This document shows, one piece after another, positions 53,601 to 64,000 of a stretch of DNA of 64,000 bases. The notes below the pieces were generated by a model, which was given only the letters and a program-made list of their open reading frames with translations, ran no database searches and was not told where the DNA came from. The stretch is from Macrostomum lignano (lineage: Eukaryota), in assembly GCA_002269645.1 (NCBI GenBank), contig NIVC01002608.1, positions 1-64,000 on the forward strand. The letters are read 5' to 3'. The translations under genes and the position numbers were made by a program. Within the stretch, counting starts at the first letter, position 1, and the number at the start of each line of letters is the position of its first letter.

Positions 53601-55201
53601 ATTTTACTTGTTAAGTGAGCCACTTTATTAGATTCTACCTAGGACTAGAAGATGTCCAAAATGATAACAAAGCAAAAAAGTACAAAAAAATATATTTAGA
53701 GGTAACACAAGCTTGATTTGTTAGGCCTAGCCTAATATCCTATGTTATTAATATTAGTGATTATTTGATACAAACACTAGGCCTAACCATTTCAAAGAAT
53801 TGAATAATTAAAAATGTATCTTTTTTAGAATCTTAACTTTTAAATTTAAATGTAGGCCTATTTAGTATTTAGGCCTATTTTCCAAAATTTGATAAATTTA
53901 TTAGGGCCTATTTAGGCCTATCCTGAAACGAAATTCAGAGGACTCAAATAGGGCCTAGTCCCTAGATCCTAGATTCATTTAATATTTTGTAGGTAGTCCC
54001 TAATATTCTAAGCCTATATCTAAATACATACAGCCATGGCATAGATTTGCTTTAACAGAACCCTACTAAAAAGTACAATAGGGCCTAGGACCTAGTCTAT
54101 ATAGTAGGCCTATAAGTTGCAATATAGAGTAGGCCTAGGCCTAGGCCTATAGAAACTACATGATAGGCCATGATACTGATAGGCCTAGCCTCACTACAGG
54201 ATAGCATCACTACTAATCGGTTTTATGGGGCTAAGAATATTATGGTTAACATAGGCCTATGGTGAAGCTAATCCGGTATTCCTAACATGCACAGTAGGCC
54301 TATGAATTTTTTTAGGAACTACACTACTTAAGCTTGAGCTAGGCCTACCTTACGGCTACCTAATGCCAATGGGCTTGAGGCCTACCTAATGGCAATGCAG
54401 GCCTGCTGTTTTTCAATGCTAGATAACGAAGTAAAATCGGCTTTAACTTTTTAATGATATAAAACAAAAACACTTGCAGAGTATACAAAATTTAGAGTTT
54501 ACTGACAACTATTAACTATATTAGTAAATTTAGTAATATATTTACAAAATTTAAAAAAGCTATTTTTAAAAAAAGTTTACGTATTATTTTTGCACAGATT
54601 TAACATTTTACTTTTCTTCGAAACAAAACTACTTTGCCTAGTTCTTTTGGGCTGCCCTAAATAAGTTAGTTTATGATTAAAACGTTTCACTCAAAACTTA
54701 AATCACTTTTTTCTTTCGAAACCGTTGTATTTATTGTTTAGTTTGAGAGGACATATTTTTATTTTCTGATTCAATAATTTTAGGATTTTAAGATCATTAA
54801 ACTACTTCTAATTTTTGTTGTGAAAAAATGTGAATGAAGTGTTGCTTTCCTTTATTGCTTTATTTGTACATAAAAATGGAGCCATTGAATTTTTACCATC
54901 TTAATTTCGAGACGGATATATTAGAGACAGTTAGAAAAAGAACTAATTTAATTCTAACAGACGATTCATAGATTACTATTGTCTAGTCAATAGGCAACTT
55001 ACGAAATTAGCAAAAATATTGTTTCTTATTACATGCACTATGCAGTTTTTTTCTTTTATTTTTCTACATTCATTTCATTATACTAGCACCATATGTTTAA
55101 TCTTTCTAAATATTATTTGTTTTCGAAAATAGGTTTATCGTGTAGTTATCTCATATGCATGCTGCATATATTAAAAATTAAAACATTTTGCAGATAACAC
55201 T

Positions 55202-58200
55202 ATGGTAATTCCATTGAAGGGTTGTCTAGCCATTTTTGGTGGTTTTATCATTCACTTCACCCTTGGTACTGTCTACACGTTTGGGAATATGAATCCCTAC
55301 CTGACGTCCTACATGAAGTTCTATTCCAAAAGTCCCGAGATTAACTACCCACAGTCTACTTGGATATTCTCACTTTCGCTGGCTGGTCAGGGCTTTTCTA
55401 TGGCTCTTGGCGGGCTGATTGAAACAAGGATTGGCGCAAGATTCACTGCTCTATTTGGCAGCTGGTTTATGAGGTAGCTAATTGGCTGTCTGATTGTTCA
55501 GTATTGATTTATTACACTAGGCTTCTTGCAAAAACTTCAGCTATCTTTTCAATTTTCTAGTCTTGGTGTCATACTTTCGAGTCTAACTGTCAAGTCATAT
55601 TTTGTATTGATCAGCCTCACCTATGGCGTCATGTTTGGAGTTGGCACAGGTGTGGCTTACTCTGTGGCAATTGCTGCTGCGATGAAGGTAAAATATTAAT
55701 GCCTGTTTTGCCCCACGCTTTACAATATCAAGAGTGTCATTAATCCAAGGCGTAGTTATAAATCAACTAAAACTACCATTCACCACGCAGTGGTTTCCAT
55801 CTCGAAAAGGCCTGGTTGGCGGCATAGTGGCTGCTGGATTTGGCGGCGGCAGTCTTGTGTTCAACCAACTGCAAACATTCTACATTAATCCGGACAATGT
55901 CAAGGCCAACTACACACTGGATGGTGATAAGTGCGTATTTGCTGTGTCTGTTAAAACAGCTTCATCACATCACAAGCTCAATGTTAAAAGCAGACACACA
56001 CATTATCGTTAGTCAGATGGGGCCCAAGCATTCATTTCCAGAAAATGCAAGCAAGGTTGGCCGTGGTTAGTAGAAAATTTTCAAGTTCTGAGCGGCAGTT
56101 ACGACTATCAGCTGTAGCTCAGTCGTCTAGCATGGCATTCTGATGTTCCAGCGGCCCAGGCTCGATTCCAAGTGCAGTCAATCAATTTGGGGCTAAATTG
56201 GAATCTCAGCTTGGCTCTGCTCGTGCAATTAACGCTCTAGAGATGCTTAACGATAAATAAATTTAGGCCCGCTGTACACTCCTGTGTGAGTGTGTGCCTG
56301 TGCGTATGACTCCATAGCGTATCCGCGCGCTTTTGTGCCTGCTCAGAGGAGTCGGTGGAATGGGCAGTAATGCCTCTTGTATTTGTGCGACAATTTCGCT
56401 TAAAGTCCCCCCTGCCTCTGCTAAAGTCGTATAATAACGTCGTTCCTAATAATTATCAGTGGGCGCCTTAATAGTGGAGTAGACGCCTTGAATATTTGTT
56501 TTTTTGTAGTTTCAATCTTTAAAAAATCGTTTTAAACTTCGCAGTTGACGTGAATACGATTCATGGTCAACTATGACATTATCGAACGTGTTTGCTAATA
56601 TTCCAGTTACTTCGACCAACCAGAGATTCTGGACCGCGTGCCCAGCTGCTTCATAGTTTTGGGCTCCACCTATGCCGCAATGCAGTTGCTGGGAGCTCTG
56701 CTTCTCTTTCCCGTACCGCCTGTCGGACACAGCCCTGACGACCAGCAGCAGCCTTTGATCTTGCCGCAGTCCAGTGAGGAGCATCAGCACTCTCGGCAAT
56801 CCCAGGAGCAGCAACAGCTGCAGCTTTCTCCCCGCCAGCTGGTTAAAAAACCAATATTCTGGATTCTCTGGCTTACTTTCTTAGTGAACGCGCAGTCTCT
56901 GGTGTACATCTCGTCGCAGTACAAAGCGTACGGACTCTACAGGCAGTTTGACGATCATTTCCTAGCAATCACAGGCTCCGTGTCTTCAGTATTCAATTCC
57001 GGTACCCGTGTTGTTTGGGGTCTTGGCCACGATCTGCTGGGCTATTGGCGGCCAATGCTGGCTCTGTGCACTGGCGCCGCCGTTCTCTTGGCCACTTTCT
57101 ATCTGAGCTCATCGGCTGCTTTCTACTTTATCTACGTGTGCCTGATGTTCGCATTTTTTGCAGGAAATTTCGCTCTGTTTCCGGCCGCTTGCGCCAAACT
57201 GTTTGGATCGAAGTTTTTCAGCGTTAATTATGGACTCATCTTTACTGGGAATGTGAGCGCTGCTCCCCCTTGTGTACCTCTGTGTTCAAAAATTAAATTT
57301 CATTAGCTAAAATTAGCACTCGAAAAATCCAGATAAATGGGATTTTATAAAGGGCGATGCATCAAAGGGTCTCAGAGGACGGTGCATCAAAGGATCTTGG
57401 GAGGGCGGTGCATCAAAGGATCTTGGGAGGGAGGTGCATCAAAGGATATTGGGAGGGCGGTGCATCAAAATATCTTGAAGGGCGATGCATCAAAGGGTCT
57501 CAGAGGGCGGTGCATCAAAGGATCTTGGGAGGGCGGTGCATCAAAGGATCTTGGGAGGGCGGTGCATCAAAAGATCTTGGAGGGCGGTGCGTCAAAGGAT
57601 CTCAGAGGGTGGTGCATCAAAGGATCTTAGGGGCGGTGCCTCAAAGAATCTTCGACGGCGGTGTATCAAAATATCTTGAAGGGCGGTGCATCAAAGGATC
57701 TCAGAGGGCGGCAAATGATCGACACAAACAGGGTGCATATGGCAGATACTCGTAAAATATCGACAGAGAAGTTTCACCTTCGCAGCACATCAAAAAAGAA
57801 GTGATAAGCCAGGAAATGTATTGGAAAAAATTCTTTCACCATCCAGGCAATATCGGCCATATTGGGCGCTATTCTAACGTCAGCTATCAAGGAGGCGTTT
57901 GGTTGGCTGGCTCTGTTCATCACTGGAGCATCTTTCTCCGCGGCAGGTAATTGGGTGCTGGCTTGATTGATATAATATATTCTCTTCTCAAAAGAGGTTT
58001 TCTATACTTCTTACTATCTGATATCCTCGTCGCTCTACCCCTTCCTCACTGTACATCTGTCTCCCTCTACCCCTTCCTCACTGTACATCTGTCTCCCTCT
58101 ACCCCTTCCTCACTGTATATCTGTCTCCCTCTACCCCTTCCTCACCGTACATCTGTCTCCCTCTACCCCTTCCTCACTGTACATCTGTCTCCCTCTACCC

Positions 58201-59459
58201 CTTCATCACTGTACATCTGTCTCCCTCTACCCCTTCCTCACCGTACATCTGTCTCCCTCTACCCCTTCATCACTGTTCATCTGTCTCCCTCTACCCCTTC
58301 CTCACCGTACATCTGTCTCCCTCTACCCCTTCATCACTGTACATCTGTCTCCCTCTACCCCTTCATCACTGTTCATCTGTCTCCCTCTACCCCTTCCTCA
58401 CCGTACATCTGTCTCCCTCTACCCCTTCATCACTGTACATCTGTCTCCCTCTACCCCTTCATCACTGTACATCTGTCTCCCTCTACCCCTTCATCACTGT
58501 ACATCTGTCTCCCTCTACCCCTTCATCACTGTACATCTGTCTCCCTCTACCCCTTCATCACTGTACATCTGTCTCCCTCTACCCCTTCATCACTGTACAT
58601 CTGTCTCCCTCTACCCCTTCCTCACCGTACATCTGTCTCCATCTACCCCTTCCTCACCGTACATCTGTCTCCCTCTACCCCTTCATCACTGTTCATCTGT
58701 CTCCCTCTACCCCTTCCTCACTGTACATCTGTCTCCCTCTACCCCTTCCTCACCGTACATCTGTCTCCCTCTACCCGTTTCTCTCGATTCCCCAGCCTAT
58801 CCCTTAGGCCTTATAGCCTTATTAGCCCAGGAATACAATCATTATTACTAACTTTCAAACTACGAGTATATTCCACAGATACTAGAATAACTAGATGGGT
58901 CACTCAGCACATTTGCATGCAAGCTAGTTCAGTAGTAAGTTAAACAGAAGCATTTTAATGTAAGTTTAAAGCCAAGGCTCATTTATTGGCTCTTACCCTC
59001 CAGCTTAAACCCTTCAACCGCACCTTTCCACACTACCCCCTCGCCCCGGCCCAATTTTTATTGCCTTTCTCGGAATTCCAGTCGAAAGCGGCCATGTACA
59101 TTTCAGTGGACTGGCTAATGTACATTATTGCTGAACCAATTAGCAAGCTGTTTACGCCTGCAAGCTTGGGCTTCTAAACTTATCAAAGTCATTTCAGCTG
59201 CCTTTATTTTTATAAAATAGCTTATGCATTCTTCTTTGCTACTGAACGGAAAGTAGAAAGCTGTTTTACTAAGTATATATGCCCGAGTGGCCCATCTAGT
59301 TATTTTAGAATCTGTGCTATATTCTTGCACTTACAATTTCAATTTCGTGTCTAAATTATTTTTTTATTTTCAGGCGTCGTTCTGTCTTTAATATTTCTGG
59401 CCCTGACTCGCGCTAGAAGTGGTCAACAGGAAGCGTACAACAGACTGGAGGATAGTTAG
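55202..59459 (+). CDS. MFS transporter, oxalate:formate antiporter-like, 6 exons
   Basis: Exons 55202-55473, 55561-55687, 55791-55930, 56607-57252, 57847-57946, 59374-59459, phase-compatible. Motifs GGFIIHFTLGTVYTFGNMNPY, GGLIETRIGAR, WFPSRKGLVGG...GFGGG, GTRVVWGLGHD, FGSKFFSVNYG. Confidence 0.9.
56108..56190 (+). other. Degenerate tRNA-like sequence (possible SINE head)
   Basis: A-box-like TAGCTCAGTCG and B-box-like GGCTCGATTCC at tRNA spacing; stems do not close properly. Confidence 0.35.
56265..56380 (+). mobile_element. Dispersed repeat family copy (uninterrupted)
   Basis: Near-identical to 29648-29724 joined to 30145-30183 (GCCGCTGTACACTCCTGTGTGAGTGTGTGCCTGTGCGTATGACT...GGAATGGGCAGTAATGCCTCT). 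Confidence 0.7.
57345..57715. repeat. ~26-bp minisatellite GGGCGGTGCATCAAAGGATCTTGGGA
   Basis: MFS intron. Confidence 0.92.
58035..58780. repeat. 32-bp pyrimidine-rich minisatellite CTTCCTCACTGTACATCTGTCTCCCTCTACCC
   Basis: MFS intron. Confidence 0.96.
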
Positions 59460-59933
59460 CTAAATGTTTAGTTTTTTTCTGTTTGCTTCAGATTTTACAG
59501 TCCGTTAAAGAGAGCCGTCTTCTTTAGCTCAAAAGTACGAGCTAGCTAAATGTCTGTATTTCACCTGCGGAAATTAAAAATTGATTTGCTTTGACTCGAT
59601 TCACTAATCTCTCGTTTTAATAATGATTGCAATTGTTTGTGAGCTCGGATTAATGGATTTTATTGTTTTGATAATTCTGCACGCAAATTAGCATTTACAA
59701 TAATTTTTTAATCAAGAGCCTATAAATTTTGTATGAAGTATTGCTTTCATGAATAATTTCGCAGTAACCGTCTTCGCCCAAAGAGATCTATATTTTTTAC
59801 TTTTTAAGTGCCACTGCAGAGAAAAATGATTTCATTTTTGCAATAAGACTCAATATACTAAAATTGATAAAAAAAATTTAATAAACTTTTCACCCATTCA
59901 AATTAGAATTTTTTATTTTTTTACGGTCTATTA

Positions 59934-60561
59934 TACTCAGCAACAGTCAAAAGTTCCACCCCACTAAGTGAGATGATTTTTTTCACTTATTGCGAGTGAC
60001 GCAACTTACGCACAACGCTTATTGCCACTTGGGGGTGGCTTGAGTCTGCTTAATAGTCCAGGAGGACAACGCGCCGCCACACCAAGCCGATGCTGTCAGT
60101 CAACTGAAAGAACAGCTACAGCTGTGGCCTTCCCAGTCCCCAGACATGAAGCCCATTGAGCATGTCTGAGACTTTCTAAAACGCAGTATTCGAAAAGAGA
60201 ATCCACCACAGAATGTTGTGGAACTGCGACATGGCATTGAAAACGCTTGGCAGCAGATTCTCCAGGACTTTCTGCGCCAACCTCATCCTGGGGATGCCCC
60301 GCAGAATCGCGCACTTCTGCGTGCGAGGGGATCCCACACGCGTTATTAGGCATCGCGATTCTAACTGAATATTGCATTAAAAATTTTTATGATTTTGTGC
60401 GACTGACGTTTATTACAAGTTGTTGATACAGTCAACTTTCCCTTCCTCGCCGCGGCTTAGTTGCGTAACTTGAGGGTTGAATTGTGAGTGAGAATTTGTC
60501 GCAATATGTGAGAAAATTTTCATCTCGCTTGGTGGGTGGAACTTTTGACTGTTGCTGAGTA
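59934..60561 (+). mobile_element. Internally deleted Tc1/mariner element
   Basis: ~65-bp TIRs TACTCAGCAACAGTCAAAAGTTCCACCC..., TA TSD on both sides; relic QEDNAPPH...WPSQSPDMKPIEHV* matches the Tc1 catalytic motif. Confidence 0.9.
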
Positions 60562-60679
60562 TAATTTGTTTTAAAAACTTGCAGGACATTGCCTTAAACT
60601 CTGACTTCCGATGAACATCATTGCTTAAAATTTCAACACACTGTTTCCTTTTTCTTACGTAATCTACGCACGTTATGTA

Positions 60680-63600
60680 CACTGTCGTGAATTATTATCA
60701 GTCGATGCTGCTAAGGGAGTTTGAGAGAAGGTTACCTCCACCTCGCCTATGTCTCACCTTTAAGTCGCGCACCTAAAGTCACCCACCCCTTACTCTGCAT
60801 CCACCCCTAAACTAATTACATATATAAATACTTGCTTGTCTAGAGGTGGAATCTCAGATAGAGAAAAGCGGACGGCTGCAAAGATCGAGGCAACGCTAAT
60901 TGATTGGAAGCATTTGCCCTACACAGCATGAGCGATATAATGAGCATTGCTGGACAGCTGAGCCGGCGAGCGGTAGTTCGGCGCCAAGTCCCGCCCGGCG
61001 TTGCGAGCCGCCCTGCCAGTTCTCGGGAAACGGGCCGGCTGGCCCTCAGTGAACGCCTCGACGGCCGGCAGCAACAACCTCCTGCTCATCCCCGACGTAG
61101 CCACGGGCCGGCGCTTCTTGGTCGACACCGGCGCTGAGGTGAGCATTTTTCCTGTCTCGGGGGCAGACGCCCGCTCGCACACACCCGGCCCGCCGCTTTT
61201 CGCGGCCAACAGAAGCCTGATCCGGACGTTCAGCAGCCGGACGCTAACGCTCGACCTCGGCGTCAAGACCTGCACCTGGCCGTTCATCCTGGCCGAGGTG
61301 TCACGGCCGTTGATCGGCGCGGACTTCCTGCGGCACCACGGCCTTCTGGTGGACATGTCAAACCGCCGTCTGCTCGACACTAGCTCGCTGTCCAGCGCCC
61401 CCTGCTGCTCGGGTCCGGCCCGGCCCGGCCGCAGCTCGCCGCCGCCGTCGCTGGGGACCCGTACAGCCAGCTGCTCGCGGAGTTCCCGACGCTGACGGAG
61501 CCGAGTTTCCAGAAAGCCCGGCCGCTCCACGGGGTCCAACATCATGTTCCTACGACGGCCCCCCGTCCACGCCCTGGCGCGCCGCCCGCCGCCTGACAAG
61601 CTGGCGGTGGACAAGGAGAAATTCCGCAACATGGAGCAGCTGGGCATCGTGCGGCGGTCCTGCAGCCCCTGGTCGTCGCCGCTGCACATGGTGCCAAAGG
61701 CCTCCGGGGGTTGGGGGCCCTGCGGCGATTTCCGGCGGCTCAACGACGCCACGGTGCCCGACCGCTACCCGGTGCCACACATCCAGGACTTTTTTGCGCG
61801 GCTGTCCGGGTGCAACGTATTCTCCAAGATCGACCTGGTGCGGGGCTACCACCAGATCCCGGTTGCCGAGGCCGACATCGCCAAGACGGCCGTCATCACG
61901 CCATTCGGCCTGTTCGAGTTTCTCCAGATGCCATTCGGACTCAAAAACGCCGCCCAGGCCTTCCAACGGCTGATTGACACGGTCTGCCAGGGCCTGGACT
62001 TCGTGTTCGCCTATATCGACGACTTCCTAGTGGCGAGCAGCGGCCCTCAGCAGCATCTGGGGCACCTGCGCACGCTGTTCCAGCGCATGGCAGACAACGG
62101 CCTCCTCGTCAATCCAGCCAAGTGCCAGTTTGGCCGCAGCGAAATCGACTTTCTGGGCCACCGCATCAGCAGCCGGGGCGCCGTGCCGCTGCCAGACGAA
62201 GTCGAAGCCATCGCCGGATTCGCACCGCCCGCGACCGTCAAGGGCCTGCAAGAGTTCGCCGGCATGGTGAACTTCTATCACCGGTTCGTGCCGCGGGCCG
62301 CCCAGTTTATGCGCCCCATCTACGGCGCCCTGGCCAGCAAGGACAAGATAGTTCGGTGGACACCGGAGCTGACGGATGCCTTCAACAGCACGAAGCAGGC
62401 CCTGGCTGACGCTGCCATGCTTGCGCACCCGAAGCTCGACGCCCCAACGGCGCTGACGGTCGACGCCTCGGACACCGCCATCGGGGCGGTTCTGGCGCAG
62501 CGTGTCGGCGAGGCCTGGCGGCCACTAGCTTTCTTCAGCCGCCAACTGCGACTGGCTGAACAAAAGTACAGCGCGTTCGACCGGGAGTTACTCGCTCTCT
62601 ATCTGGCCACGCGGCATTTCCGCTACTTTTTGGAAGGCCGCATCTTCACCGCCTACACCGACCACAAACCCCTGGTTGCGGCCATGGCTAAGTTGTCGGA
62701 TCCCTGGTCAGCGCGCCAGCAGCGGCACCTCGCATACGTGTCGGAGTTCACCACCGACATCCGGCACGTGGCGGGCAACGACAATCCGGTGGCCTGGAGG
62801 TCATCTGCGACACCGTGATCGGCCGCCCGCGCCCACTGGTGCCCGCCGACGTCCACCACGCCGTTTTCGACGCAGTCGACGGACTGGCGCACCCATCCGT
62901 ACGCAGTACGCGGCGCCTGGTGTCGGAGAAGTTCGTGTGGCCGGGACTCAACAGGGACGTCGGCCAATGGGCTCGCAGCTGCATCGCCTGCCAGACGGCC
63001 AAGGTGCAGCACCACGTGACCGCCCCGCCCGCCAGCATCCCGGTGCCCAGTAGCCGTTTCGCGCACGTCCACATCGACCTTGTCGGACCGCTGCCGCAGT
63101 CCCGCGGCTTCACGCACCTGCTGACCGTCGTCGACAGGTTCTCCCGCTGGCCGGAGGCTTTCCCCTTGGCCGACACTTCCGCTGCCTCCTGCGCGTCCGC
63201 CTTCATCGCCGGTTGGGTCGCCCGCTTCGGCGTGCCCAGTGACGTCACGTCCGACCGCGGCTCCCCGTTCACCTCCAGGCTATGGGCCAACGTGCCGAGG
63301 CTGCTGGGCATGCAGCTGCACCACACCACCGCTTTTCACCCACAGGCTAACGGCTTGGTGGAACGCTTCCACCGCCAGCTCATGGCTTTCCTGATGACGC
63401 GCCTGACCGGACCAACTTGGACCGACGAGCTGCCCTGGGCGTTGCTGGGCATCCAAACGGCTCCCAAAGAGGACATCGGCGCCTCCTCGGCCGAGCTGGT
63501 CTACGGCGCTGGAGAATACCTGCAGGCCGCGCCACCCGCGGGCTCTTAAGACCAGTTTCTGGCCCGGCTACGCAGCGCGGTACGATCGTTCCGGCCGCCT

Positions 63601-64000
63601 CCGACCTCGCGACATGGCCTGCTGCCCTGGAGTCCTGCACGCACGTCTTCATCCGCCGCGACGGCCACCGGCCATCTCTGCAGCGGCCGTACTTCGGGCC
63701 CTTCAAGGTCCTTGAGCGTGGAGCCAAGACCTTCCGCCTCGACCTGGGCACGCGGCAGGATCACGTGGCAGTGGACAGACTCAAGCCGGCGGCGCTCGAT
63801 CCCGGCGAGGCGATTCCGGCTCCCGCTCTGCGGCCACGAGGCCGCCCCCGCCTGGACGGCCGGCCACAACTGCCACGTGGTGGAGACCCTCCGGTCGCAA
63901 CTGCGCAACCGCTAGCGCCGCCGGGGCACCCACCGACACGCCTCCCACCGGTGCAAGCGGCCCGGCCTCCAGCGTCTGGTCGCCGCCAGCTTCCGCCTCG
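60680..64000 (+). mobile_element. Ty3/Gypsy LTR retrotransposon, gag largely deleted, pol frameshifted, truncated by the window end
   Basis: LTR-like ~60680-60925 with TATA. Gag tail FGAK..ARRCEPPCQF; protease FLVDTGAEVS; [18 protein letters not shown]; RNase[22 protein letters not shown]; integrase HPS...CIAC, HIDLVGPLP, SDRG, NGLVERFHR. Order is PR-RT-RH-IN. Confidence 0.93.

Noticed and set aside
56108-56190. Functional tRNA gene
   Set aside because: Acceptor, anticodon and T stems do not pair properly; kept only as a tRNA-like relic

Overview
This is eukaryotic (metazoan) genomic DNA with GT-AG introns, GC-rich exons and very abundant tandem repeats. The (GACA)n and minisatellite style suggests a flatworm such as Macrostomum, but that is inference only. 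Host genes: an ABCA transporter lacking its 5' end (+, <1-10685); two inverted IAP-like BIR-UBA-RING paralogues (14048-15004 +, 18330-20398 -); an isolated exon with PAN-like and LamG-like segments (-); a 5-exon tetraspanin (-); an NSD-family H3K36 methyltransferase (-) with a different minisatellite in every intron; and a 6-exon MFS transporter (+). Mobile DNA: a complete 9.4-kb CACTA/EnSpm element (42278-51715) carrying a transposase with one in-frame stop, a spliced coiled-coil+BEN gene and a nested Gypsy relic; a gag-deleted Gypsy element running off the right end; an RTE-type LINE relic; hAT, Harbinger-like and Tc1 non-autonomous elements; a foldback; and a dispersed repeat family. The most notable observations are the IAP pair (intron present in only one copy, near-identity confined to exon 2), the CACTA BEN cargo, a 28S rDNA fragment altered at the R2/I-PpoI target site, and the intron-by-intron minisatellites in NSD. 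Several single-base frameshifts look like consensus errors. All gene models were built by eye.
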